Shown in pieces: positions 14,600 through 26,649 of a stretch of 64,000 bases of DNA. Position 1 is the first letter of the stretch; the number at the start of each line of letters is the position of its first letter. The stretch is from Antedon mediterranea (lineage: Eukaryota; Animalia; Echinodermata). The DNA lies in NCBI RefSeq assembly GCF_964355755.1, contig NC_092674.1:31124001-31188000 (forward strand), written 5' to 3'. A program made the translations under genes and the position numbers. The notes below the pieces were generated by a model that made no database searches, was not told the DNA's origin, and saw only the letters and a list, made by a program, of their open reading frames with translations.

Positions 14600-14817
14600 G
14601 ACCTACAGAAATGTCCAAAGATGGGACGTAGAGCTCGTCCTACGGATGGGACATAAAGCCGTTGACCCCGTGTACATAGTGCACGTAAAAGAACTTGGTA
14701 CACTATTTGCAAGAAGTAGAGGATCGTCTCCCGGTGGTGTTCTGATATAGTAGGCTTTGCACTGCTTGCATCCGAATTTCCTCAGTTTGAGGACAAATAT
14801 TTAAAACCTTTACCTTA
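14600..14817 (+). mobile_element. 5'-truncated SINE with Deu/Nin central domain
   Basis: CGGATGGGACATAAAGCCGTTGACCCCGTGTAC...GTGCACGTAAAAGAACTTGGTACACTATTTGCAAGAAGTAGAGG..TCTCCCGGTG resembles the AmnSINE1/DeuSINE core; ends in an ACCTTTACCTT tail. Confidence 0.7.
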
Positions 14818-15233
14818 AGTTTTCAGATGTTTTCCGCCGATATCCTGAAATGAATTGCTTCGTTTACAATTATTCCGATCACGTGATTAATCAACCCAAT
14901 TTCGTAAGATTATTATTGATTAGTGTTCACCTAAATATTCTAATCAAATGGAGTCCCTGGAAGTTGATTGGCAAAGATTGTTTTCTGTAATGAACATTAC
15001 CGACTTCTTCGATCGATCGATCGATCTGTTTCAATCTTCTCATCTTGATTTCCGATGTCCTAATTTTCTGTCTCAACGATGACGTAATGGCAGGGTCAGT
15101 ACTATTTATATTTATGGTCTGTTTCACGTACTTATAACATTTTCTTTCTCTCTTGCATGCCATAATAAATGGAATATTTGAAAATCATTTACCTTTAAAA
15201 ATCCTTATCAATTGAAAATATACGCTTGAACCT

Positions 15234-15373
15234 TTGTTCCTACTTTCTAGACACAACGCAACGTAAGCGCAACGTGAGTTGACCAATCACAAGCGTTCGG
15301 GTGATCCTTTGCGTCGTGTTGGTTACTTGAGGTGTGGTTACGTCATTGCGCTGCGTCTGAGTGGAAAGCAAGT
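15234..15373. mobile_element. MITE family A, diverged copy
   Basis: GTTCCTACT..GACACAACGCAACGTAAGCGCAACG..GACCAATCACAAGCG...TGCGTCTGAGTGGAAAGCAAG. Confidence 0.6.
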
Positions 15374-15418
15374 AAGTTGACCAATCACAGGCATTATCAT
15401 GTGTGCTTCGCCAACGTC

Positions 15419-15531
15419 TTCTGAATAATGTATCTAACCTATCATGAATAGAGTATTCTGAATAATGTATCTAACGTATCATGAATAGAGTATTCTGAAT
15501 AATGTATCTAACCTATCATGAATAGAGTATT
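15419..15531. repeat. ~37-bp tandem repeat x3
   Basis: (TTCTGAATAATGTATCTAACCTATCATGAATAGAGTA)3. Confidence 0.9.
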
Positions 15532-15659
15532 AACCGTACTTTGATAATAATGAACAAACTATCAATTACTGAACTTTAATCATCATATCATGAAATCGTT
15601 TGAAATGAATCATTGAGTTATATTAACCTTTATTTTTCTAAATTAGTGATTCATTACTA

Positions 15660-16554
15660 CAAAGTGGTATATAGAGTAGTTAAATCTAATTGATAGGACA
15701 ATTGTTGAACTGCTGGTAGGATCTTGGTCATCAACCAATCCTGTCAAACATGTATGGCAATCCAAAGGTCCAAAGTGGTATAATAGTAGTTGAATCTAAT
15801 TGATAGGACCATGGTTGGATTGCTGGTTGCAGGAAGGTTGTGCACCAATCCTGTCAAACATGTATGGTACGCTAAAGGTCCAAAGTGGTATATATAGTAG
15901 TTGAATCTAATTGATAGGACAATTGTTGAACTGCTGGTAGGATCTTGGTCATCAACCAATCCTGTCAAACATGTATGGCAATCCAAAGGTCCAAAGTGGT
16001 ATAATAGTAGTTGAATCTAATTGATAGGACCATGGTTGGATTGCTGGTTGCAGGAAGGTTGTGCACCAATCCTGTCAAACATGTATGGTACGCTAAAGGT
16101 CCAAAGTGGTATATATAGTAGTTGAATCTAATTGATAGGACCATTGTTGGATTGCTGGTTGCAGGACGGTTGTGAACCAATCCTGCCAAACATGTATGGC
16201 AATCCAAAGGTCCAAAGTGGTATATATAGTAGTTGAATCTAATTGATAGGACCATTGTTGGATTGCTGGTTGCAGTACGGTTGTGAACCAATCCTGTCAA
16301 ACATGTATGGTACGCTAAAGGTCCAAAGTGGTACAGTAGATATAGTTAGTTGAATCTAATTGATAGGACCATGGTTGGATTGCTGGTTGCAGGACGGTTG
16401 TGAACCAATCCTGCCAAACATGTATGGCAATCCAAAGGTCCAAAGTGGTATATATAGTAGTTGAATCTAATTGATAGGACCATGGTTGGATTGCTGGTTG
16501 CAGGAAGGTTGTGAACCAATCCTGTCAAACATGTATGGTACGCTAAAGGTCCAA
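15660..16554. repeat. ~111-bp minisatellite, 8 units, with higher-order dimer structure
   Basis: Units start near 15661, 15772, 15882, 15993, 16103, 16214, 16325 and 16442; unit ends alternate GCAATCCAAAGG / GTACGCTAAAGG. Confidence 0.95.
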
Positions 16555-16614
16555 CCATTTCTATTATTTCGTGTGGTGTTTTGTTACTTTTTATTAGATT
16601 CCGTTTCTAATAAT

Positions 16615-16686
16615 TATCAGCATGCCTAGCATTTCTTGATATCAGCATGCCTAGCATTTCTTGATATCAGCATGCCTAGCATTTTT
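16615..16686. repeat. 25-bp tandem repeat x3
   Basis: (TATCAGCATGCCTAGCATTTCTTGA)3. Confidence 0.9.
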
Positions 16687-17264
16687 TGACGTTGCGATTT
16701 CCTTAAGATGCTAGATATACCTTGTAATCATCTAATTATAATTGTTTTCATTTATTTATTTGCTTATTCTTTCATTTTCGCTAATCATGAATTTTGTTTT
16801 CTGTGGTTGTTTACTCGTCATAACGTCTTATCAATAACTTGTAGAGGAAAACCAGTTGCAAAAATGACGTAATCGCTAAACATGTGTACACAAATAATGT
16901 ATCAATAAATATATTTATAATTTCCTTCTATCACCGTTGAGTCTCGTAATGTTTGCCGAAAGTTTCTTTTAAACCGACAAAACTATAGAATCATACCAAT
17001 GCGACACTTTCCATTATGGAACGGTTAGCATATGAGAAACACACATGGGATTGGTCACACTTAGCGTGTCCTGCTGATAATACTAAATTGTCCGAAATTT
17101 CTAGAAACGTCACTTTCAAATGTATGTAATGTGTAATTGTCAAAACACAGATAAACAATTGTGATATTATAATCATGACAACAGTTCTACGCCCAAATAA
17201 AAAATATGTATGAAGAGCGGAATATAGACGGCGTTGGCGACTTAAGCTTGATTCTCACTAGGAC

Positions 17265-17410
17265 GCAACACAAGGACGTAAACGCAACGCAAGCGAGTTA
17301 GCCAATGACAAGCGTTAGTTTGAATACAGTAATCATTCGCTTGTGATTGGTCAAATCCTTTACGTTGCGTTACGTTGTCGTTGTGTTGCGTCCTAGCTTG
17401 ATGAACTACT
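17265..17410. mobile_element. MITE family A copy
   Basis: AGCTTGATTCTCACTAGGACGCAACACAAGGACGTAA...GTGTTGCGTCCTAG. Confidence 0.7.
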
Positions 17411-19320
17411 ACTCTACTGAGTTGGCAGAGAGGGACGGTATGGAACGCCAAAAGTTACCACAGTAGATGATGGAACCGTTATGGCATGTTCTTTGAATGC
17501 AAACAATCAACGTTGACATTTCATAAGAGTGTATATACAGTATTAATTAACATCATTGGTCGATCGTTGAGATAAATTGCCTCCCAGTTGGATTGCTGTG
17601 TAGCTCGCTTGCTCCATCCTTTTTTATATTTTGGTAATGATCCTACACTCTGCTGATTTTAGTTCAGTCATACTCTCTAATTATTCATTTTTTATTGTCA
17701 TATTTATTTATGAGTGGATAAAATCATCCATAGGATATGCTGAGAAACAAATGTTTGTGCGATTTACTACCGACAAAGGAACTTTGCATTCGGCTACAGA
17801 AACCTGTAGTGCAACCTCATTGGTGACCGTGAACCGAACTAGGCCTTAACACCTGAAGGCCTGACGGCTTCGTCATCAGTGTTGGACCGCCTCAGGGCTA
17901 GGATTGCCCGCCGCGCCGTGAGGGTCTGAGAAGACCCACAGATGCACATTTAAAACCCAGCGATTTTCAATTATCTAGCTTTGCGTCTGAATTAAGTTTC
18001 ATTCTTAAGATCAAACTTAATAAATGTATCAGAATATCATGTTGATGCTATCATCAGAGCTATCACAATAATATCAACGTTGCTTATCTCTTGAGTTTTT
18101 TTTCCATGTTTAAGAGTCATGTACTTAAGTTATGTATCTTTTTTAACATTGGGTACGATTGTCTTCTTTAATAATCGCGTCGCGTACAAATCGCGATACT
18201 GCTATTTTACGTGTGTTGCAATAGACCTAAGTACGTTTTATCGAACTCAAATCTGAGAAGTTACATCTGTGCAGGTAGAAAAGACTGCATAACAATAACA
18301 ATAACAACAATTAGTAACATATGGACATGCTATTTATAGATTTATACTGCTGAGATATACGCGAAGTTCATTAACACAATGGAGATATACAGACCAAAAC
18401 AGGCTTACATTTTGAACATTATATTAAAATATCAAAAAGGTTGATGATGGCGAAGAAGACTTGAACTCGTCACCAAGACGAGTTAGATGATTCGCGCAAA
18501 ATACACTACACAATGTAATTGACAATATGATGCAACAAGGAAGCGAGTCTTGATTGTTGGTAGTAGTTTATTTAGAACAAAATCAAGACCAAACTTTAAT
18601 ATAATTCAATGAATCACCAATAATTCTATACATTCTATCGTCTCAGAAATGCTGAAGTTCAAAAGAAAATGTCACTGAATTGTTTGCCAACAGCGTCGGG
18701 GGACAACATTCGTAATCACATACGATAACGAAATTTAATTTAATTCATTCAATTTAATGATTAAACCAAAGAAATATTTGAAATGATTTTTAAAATAACC
18801 TATCGTTGGAATCCCACACACATCAATCAACAATACCTTAGGGTGAATATTATGGTAGATAGATGCGGGTTGAACGCATATTTCTTTTATTGATAATTTA
18901 GAAAAAATCAAAATGATTGTCTTTTGTGGCGTTTGCCTTCCGGGTAAATAACTAATATTTAATCATTAACTATTTTAATGTTTTAAAACTACTATAGCTA
19001 ATTTATCAAACATACTTGGCCTCGGCGGCGATCCGGTGGTGTTTGTTGAGACCTTTAGTAATCATCGAACAAATTAGATTTGGATTATGAAAGTCGCAAT
19101 AATACGTAATTGTTTGGGAATGCGTTTGTCTTTTTTTAAACAAACAATAAGCCCCTACTGATAACAATTTAAAATGGCATATTAAAACCATGGACCTATA
19201 AATTGGGCGAATTCAAGATCTTTTTAACGCGAATAGTGGCTTGTCAACTCGCTTGCGTTGCGCGTCGTACGTCCTAGCGGTGCGTCTCGTCTAATGAAAA
19301 CTACACTGTAAAAAAAAACA

Positions 19321-20270
19321 TGTAAAAAAACAGCAAAAAGTGGTGTCAACCGCGTCGCCATACCGTCTGTTTTTTTACCTGTTGTACTTTTTATTTTCAT
19401 AAAATCTGTAAATAGAAAATACAACATGTGATGTTAAGTAAAAAAACAGACGGTATGGCGACGCGGTTGACACCACTTTTTGATGTTATTTTTTTAAATA
19501 GAAATTCTGTATATAAAAATACAACATGGGATGTTAAGTAAAAAAACAGACGGTATTGCGACGCGGTTGACACCAGTTTTTGCTGTTATTTTTCACGCTG
19601 CTGCTCTAGCCTGCTACGTCACATGAAATGACTCATTCATTAGATGAAATCAAGCAGCAGTATAGTACTACACTTTGACATTTTTGTTAAAATGGAAACT
19701 CGACTATAATTTATAGGTACCACCTGTTGAATCCAAAAAACGGCTGGGAAAAGAGTCTAATGACAAATCCCAGAGCATTTCTGGTATTTATGAGTCCCAT
19801 GATATTACTATAATTCACTGTCAGATAATCATTGAATTATTATCAAAACAGTCCATTGAAGTTTTTGTTTGTACTGTAATAGGATACTTGAAGTATCTAG
19901 GCGTGATGAAGTGACCCCCAGACTTGACCTTAGCAATAACAATAAGCGAGCAGCGTTTTTTGTAAGAAATATTCTTGTTTAAACAGAAATTCTGTATATA
20001 AAAATACAACATGGGATGTTAAGTAAAAAAAACAGACGGTATGTTAAGTAAAAAAACAGACGGTATGGCGACGCGGTTGACACCAGTTTTTGCTGTTATT
20101 TTTTTTAACAGAAATTCTGTATATAAAAAATATAACATGGGATGTTAAGTAAAAAGACAGACGGTATGGCGACGCAGTTTACACCAGTTTTTGCTGTTAT
20201 TTTATTATCAATTCTGTAAATAGAAAATACTACATATGTGATGTTAAGTCAACATACTGATGGTATAAGG
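19321..20270. repeat. Left subterminal repeats of the EnSpm-like element
   Basis: Several direct copies of GATGTTAAGTAAAAAAACAGACGGTATGGCGACGCGGTTGACACCAGTTTTTGCTGTT plus one inverted copy at about 19325-19380. Confidence 0.85.
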
Positions 20271-21052
20271 GACATTTTTTTTACAGAAATTCAGTAAAAT
20301 AGAAAACAACAATAGCAATACAAATGTGATGTTCGTATACAAGCAAATAAACAGTGACCATGCATACTGTAAAATAACAGCTACAGTTTGAAATAAACAG
20401 GAAATAGTCTGTAATCATTTATTTTGTAAACAATTACTTTAGCACAACATATAATCATGGAGGAAATAATATAGATAATAAGTTTTTATTTAATTACTTT
20501 CCAATTTTTTTCTAAATTTGTAAATTATACCATAATGCCATCAATTTACATATCTGGTACTGCATAGTGGGGAATTATAATCTTTGCTGAACAACACATC
20601 TTTTCAAACAATTAAAAAAAATACATTAGGGTATCTCTAAAAGTTTGTTTCTTTTATAACTCAATATTGTAACTTATTTTGGTAGCCACCTACAACTATG
20701 ATTAAACAAATGAATTTACTGTTGAAACTAACCATGTATTATACACATTGAATGAATATTATTATTGTTGTCTTGCCAGACATGATTTCATAATATAACT
20801 GTAACTTAGAAAACCTTAAATTCTAAAAAATAACCAACACCAAGAACACTCTGTTATGGCTCTACAAAGATTATATTGCATAATAGTTAGTTAGTTTCAA
20901 CAGTAAATTCATTTGTTTAATCATAGTGGCACTATTAAATCTTAAAAAACCGAACATCTCTTTAAAAACACAATTTAAAAAAAACATCAATTTTAAAAAA
21001 CACATCAGGGTATCTACCACTGAATTTCCATTTAATCTTTCCAAAAACTTTC

Positions 21053-24000
21053 TTACTGGCTCCAATCAGATTCAAAATCTTTCAGCCCATTGATGAGAGA
21101 AACTACTTTTGGATTAACACTACATCTTGAGGTTTTCTTTGTTTTGGAACCAGTAGGGTTAATGCGAACCAAACAGCTAAAAAAAAAATACAAGCAGGCA
21201 TGACAAATTATTCTTCATTATATTTTGACATGGGACTTCAGATAATTCTTAGTGATTACAAGGGACATCATTGTTGATTAAACAAAAGTAGAAAGTGTTT
21301 TATTTTTCATACCCCAGGAGCATCGGAAAAAGCAACATTTAATTAACATGAATCTTAAATACCATTTAAATATTAATACTTACCGTTGGACAAACTCTAA
21401 AGTTGCAATGTTCTTATCTCCATATTCAATGTTAAAAACGAAAAAGGATGCAAACAACATGCATAATGCCTCTAATGGGGAGTGGATGTTGCAATTTACT
21501 ATTTCTTGGTCAACAACTAGCATGAAAGAAGTTGAGGTCAGTGCTGATGTACCTGTATTAAAAAGAAAGAAAGCAGCTGTGACAAAGAACTTTTCTGGAA
21601 ATTTAACAGTATCTTAACATTAATTCTTGCTCAATATACGTATTATCAAGATTGTAAATAGTGTTCTTTTCTCTAACATTAACAATGTTATGATATTTTA
21701 CTACTTGCCATGTTTTAACTTTTTCTGAAATTTTAGTATTTAGGCCTATTGCATTTGTATATTATCCTATTGCCCATACTGTCTGTATTTTACCCATGCA
21801 AGACAATTTTCGAGCCAAAGCGCTTGACAAAATAGATAATTGAATTAAATAGTGAAATAAGCATTTTAAAAGAGGGAAATTGTTCTCTGAGAACTAATGT
21901 GTTTATGGAATATATAACATTTCATAACAACAAACACAGTAAATACAATAACATGAAAAAAATTGAATTATTACTTACCAAGAGCTATTATACATGAAGT
22001 GATTGGAAGAACTTCAGTGTCAATATCGGCTTCTAAACTTGTCTCCTAAAAAGCTCAACATCATCAAATGTTATAGGTGTGCAGAAGTAAATTGCAATCC
22101 AAATTATAATTACAGTGAAATGGTAGACAATAAATACAATTGTGTATTTTGTAAAAGCAATAATGAATTGACCTTAAAATAGAATTATTATAACATACTT
22201 CTTCAACAATTATTAATTCATTTGTTTCCTCCCCGAAAAATGTTGCCAATACCATCAAAAGGCCAAGAACATCAGGGCTGTTGGTACCATCACGCTTTGC
22301 TTCCACTATTTCCTTCAAGATTTTCCTGAGTGCTTACTTTGTTTTTCATTCATGAACTGTAATACTCTGGGAATTTTAGAGGTCAGTGCTTCTGTAAAAG
22401 TGTCAATTATATCAATACCCACTAATCTTTTGAAATGATGGAGTAATCCAATCTTCTCAAACAGAAATGGCCACTCCTCTTTAAATTTGCAATTGAGCTA
22501 TTGCCATCATTTATAAGAAGCCTTACAGTAGGATATGTATCATCAAGATAGTCTTTTACATCATCTAAACTCCAATCTTTTCTTGAATGAATATCCTTCA
22601 TAGCTTCTTTTTTCAAATCCTGACTTGATTCATCTTCTTCAGCTGGTAGCAAAGGCTGATACTCAATTGCAATAGTGCCGTAGGATGAAATAACAGACTT
22701 TTTTTGTTTTGCTGGCATATCAGATTCCACAAGATCAAGACTACTGGGCCTCTTCAAAGTTTTGGTAGACCGGTTAATGTTTTGAAATCTGTGTTCGAGT
22801 TGTCGTAGGAGGGAATTATAGCCAGTTCCAACTACTATATCATCCAAACAGTCTTTAAAACTTTCTGGATATTCTGAAACTACCTTTGAAGCAACCTCGG
22901 CAAGCTGACTCCTTGTGGGTTTACTAAATTTCTTGGAAATGTCGTCGGCCAATATTCGAATCATTTCACGCCTTTCAGATGGAAGAGGTCTTTCCTTTTT
23001 TCTGATACTTTCCAAAAGACTTTTTGACATTTTGGACCAGGGTAATGTGTATGAAGAACTCCAACCGCTAGACCTGCCTGGAGAAGAATCTGTTGCACAA
23101 CTTGAATTTGGTGATGTAGAAGAATAGCATATTGTCCGCTGGGTAAATCGCATCCCTTTACGAAAGTAAAACAAATTTATATTTAAAAATGTGATGGACA
23201 GCAATGAACAAACGATTTAAGGAAAGGTAGCAAAATTATGGTAGCATGCCAATTAGAAATAGAGTCTTAAGGGTTTGAGAGCCCAAATGTTTTGATCACA
23301 AAATTACCGCTTCTGTGAATACCACAGTAAATCTAGAGTAGTGATATTCATGTAATTTGCATAATAGCTGTACCACGGTACGAATCTAAGGTTTAAGTGT
23401 AGACATGTCACTTCTATGAATAACGATTGATAATATTGTATTTCAATAAAAAAAAAAGACCTTGATAAAATGAGCCAACAATACATTCACATGTTTGTGA
23501 ATTGTACAAGAATGATTCTAAGTTGCAAGTACATAGGCCTATATTGGTGATCCATCTCCTAGCCCAGCCTATAAGCAGGTTATGTAAAAAAATATGATTC
23601 ATCCAAGGTACTTAATTACTTACCAATTTAATCATTTTTTACACACACCTCCCCCTACCCACCATGAAATTAAATAAGAGGGAAATAATAAATCAAAATA
23701 TTTTCACCAGTAGTATGAAAAAAGTATGAAAAAAAAAGAAAACAAAAAGTAGTATAGAAAGCAATAAAACAATACTATACCATAAAACAGAAAAGGCATT
23801 TGGGAAACTAAGAACTGATGAGGAAGGAGAATCAGAAACAAAGGAATGATAATTAGGAGGAGTAGGTGGAAAACAATCAAGGGATATATAGAAGTAGGGG
23901 TGTGAGGTGGAGAAGAATACTGGCTTGAAGGAAAGAAAGGATAAGATTGGAGCATAGGTAGAGAAATAGTGGTAGAAGATTCTAGAGAAGGAGCAGAAGC

Positions 24001-25073
24001 AGGAGAGGGAGGGGGAGTGCAAAAAGAAAAATCATACGGAAAAAGAGAAGATGTGGAAGAAGGTTGATACATCCCTGGAAAATATAATTGAAGTTAAAAT
24101 AAAGCAAAATGTGGTAAAATAAAAATAGGAATTTTGTAAAGCAATTCTATTCATTAATTTCTGTCAACATAGAGTGAAGATCATGCCTATTTATATCAGT
24201 TATAGCTCCTTGGGGCGCAAACAACTTGTCTGCTATATAGGAATTAGGTTTTTGTAAACAACTTAGAGTAGCACTTGATAAACACTTGGAGAGAGCTCCC
24301 GCAGTGCAAACGGGGCAGTCCCTTTTGCGGTGGATATACTCCACCCACAACTCATTACTGTGCTGAGCCTATTATCGCAGGAGTTTTGCGATCAAAACAT
24401 TTGGGCACGCTTCTTAAAGAGATATTTTAGAGGACTTTAATACCTAAACCCACTTAACCAGGGAATTGACAAGCTTCACAAGGACTTCAACCGAGAACCT
24501 ACCTACCAATAGCAATAGCATGTCTGACAAAGCTAATTTTGACAACAAAGTATGCATACTACTACTAATATTAACCTAAAAATACATTGCATCATCTTGG
24601 GATTCAATGTTTCACCATTAAATTATCATCACTGATGATTTTTAATATCAAAATATTGAATCCCAAAACTATGGCATGTATTCTTACTAGAATTATGCAC
24701 TATACTTAAATCAATCAAGTGAATCCTCTGGTGACTTTGACGTGGATTTAATCAAATAAACTTTATAATAAATTTCAAAGTAACAACAATAAAAGTAGAA
24801 ATCAAATTTTAAACAAAATAGTTAATATCAAAACTTACCATCATTAAAGCTTTTTAATAGCTTACGAAGTTGTATTTTTCGTAGGTCAAGTGACTTTAAG
24901 TCTGCCTCATTAACATACTCCAAATCTGACGGTTTTTCTACACCAAGTTCTAAGAGTTTTTCAATGATGTCATCTCTTATATCATCTGAAACTCTCAAAA
25001 CATCTACTATATACTCTTTGAGTAAGTCTAAGTCTACTGTGTCAGTAGTGAGTGTATCACTCAAATCACTCAT
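21053..25073 (-). pseudogene. Transposon-borne SAM-like/SAMD3-like accessory gene with two frameshifts; exons about 25073-24839, 24074-23781, 23155-22199, 22045-21979, 21552-21384, 21176-21053
   Basis: N-terminal helical SAM-like exon (IEKLLELGVEKPSDLEYVNEADL...IQLRKLL); central LPWSKM...ERREMIRILADD...YPESFKD...GTGYNSLLRQLEHRFQNINR; KEEWPFLF recovered after a frameshift near 22485; second frameshift near 22335; C-terminal EALCMLFASFFVFNIEYGDKNIATLEFVQR/CLVRINP...VNPKVVSLINGL. GT-AG splice sites are in phase. Confidence 0.8.
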
Positions 25074-25809
25074 ATTTGATGCTCCTGTAGGTCAATAAAT
25101 TAGGTAGGTAGATCAATGAATTAAACTATAGCAATATAGAAATTCCACATAGTTAAATAAGTAGTGGTATCTGCTACTTTTTACCTACAGTATGTCTAAA
25201 TTACTCTAACTATTATGCAAAATTAGGACACAACTCAATAAAGTATAGTATTTTTAGATCGATAATATTGATGAATACATGAATGAAAACTGTAGGCTAA
25301 AATGTGAACATTTTTATAAATTTGTGATTAAGTGTTCTATTTTATATGTCTATATATTATACAAAATAAAATAATTTTCATATTTTTTTACCATAAATCA
25401 AAGGTCAAATAGTAAAACTTTATTCTTAATCAAAAACAGACTGAAACTACAGGGTATAAGAGGTAAAACTTTGATTTAAAATTATTGCTTAATTAAGGCT
25501 TCACAACTAAAATTAGAGGTTGCTGTGGCATATTTTGAACATAATGACCTCTGAAACCATGATTGTTTGATTTGGCATATAATGAACCCTATTGATTACT
25601 TGGGCAGATATCTAAATTATTTTGCCCATTTTTAGAGGTAATAAAAATATATTTATAATAATGTATAAAAAAAATAAAGTACTTGATAGAAAAAACAAGA
25701 CAAATTTCCTATTGAGGAGTTTTGGGTTCTCTGTTTTCGCGATTTCTTTATATAAAAGTAGTTTTAGCCTCCTTGAAAATGTTTTGTTGGGTCTCAAAAA
25801 CAGAAACCT

Positions 25810-26032
25810 TGTTGAACCCACAAATGTGAAAACGCCCACAAATGCGAAAACAACCACAAATGTGAAAACGTATCACCCACAAATGTGAAAAAACCACAAA
25901 TTCGAAAACGCATCACCCACAAATGTGAAAACATGCAGCGCCCACAAATATAAAAACGCATCACCCACAAATGTGAAAACAGCGCCTACAAATGTGAAAA
26001 AAAGAGAGACCTTTTCGCCCACAAATGTAAAA
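25810..26032 (+). repeat. Tandem CCCACAAATGTGAAAA(CG) repeats, probably one end of a nested non-autonomous DNA transposon
   Basis: About 10 variant copies beginning TGTTGAACCCACAAATGTGAAAACG; no matching opposite end found nearby. Confidence 0.65.
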
Positions 26033-26339
26033 AAAAATCCAAATCAAATTTAGTGCTAGGCCCAAACAATTTTGATTGAGTTAATGTTAATGTATTTATA
26101 TACATTGTATTGAGTTGTTTCAATAATTGTGTGTTCACGATACGTCTGTTGTTAGGGTCGTCCTTTTAACGCGTTGGATTATTACCATTTGCTGCTCGTG
26201 CGCGATATTTGCGATATTCGTTGGTTTAATGAACGTTTAGTTCAAGACGATATTTGTTATTTGCTGCGCGCATTAACGATACTTCAAGATCAAGATCATG
26301 TTATATCATTGTTGCTTGTAGTGTGTAGTTGTTAACTCT

Positions 26340-26427
26340 TTGGCTTACTATTATGTACGTATAGTTCCAAGTCGATGCAAAAAACATCGACTTGGAACTA
26401 TACGTACATACAGTAATAGTAAGCCAA
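26340..26427. repeat. Near-perfect 38-bp-arm palindrome
   Basis: TTGGCTTACTATTATGTACGTATAGTTCCAAGTCGATG-caaaaaa-CATCGACTTGGAACTATACGTACATA(cagta)ATAGTAAGCCAA. Confidence 0.9.
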
Positions 26428-26649
26428 CAATCAATAGAAGAAGATTCTAGAAGATTTTCGTTTGAATGATCATGAACAGGGAAAACATATTCTTCCCGAT
26501 GTTCCCATGAATTAATTGAAACAATGTGTTAAAAAAAATGATGGTTAGTTTAATTTTTTTTTCAAGAAAATATTATTTATTTCAATAAAAATGAATTTAA
26601 ATAGTTAATTAAAAATAGAGATTTTTTTGTTTCACAAAGAATGATTTAG

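Noticed and set aside
14927-15163. 78-aa basic ORF
   Set aside because: No recognisable domain and no supporting exon structure.
15744-16558. Repetitive ORFs (HTCLTGLVHN...)
   Set aside because: Translations of the 111-bp minisatellite; 110-bp units break the frame and there is no known protein similarity.
17860-17885. Hammerhead ribozyme (CTGATGA on minus strand)
   Set aside because: No stem II and no GAAA core following CTGATGA.
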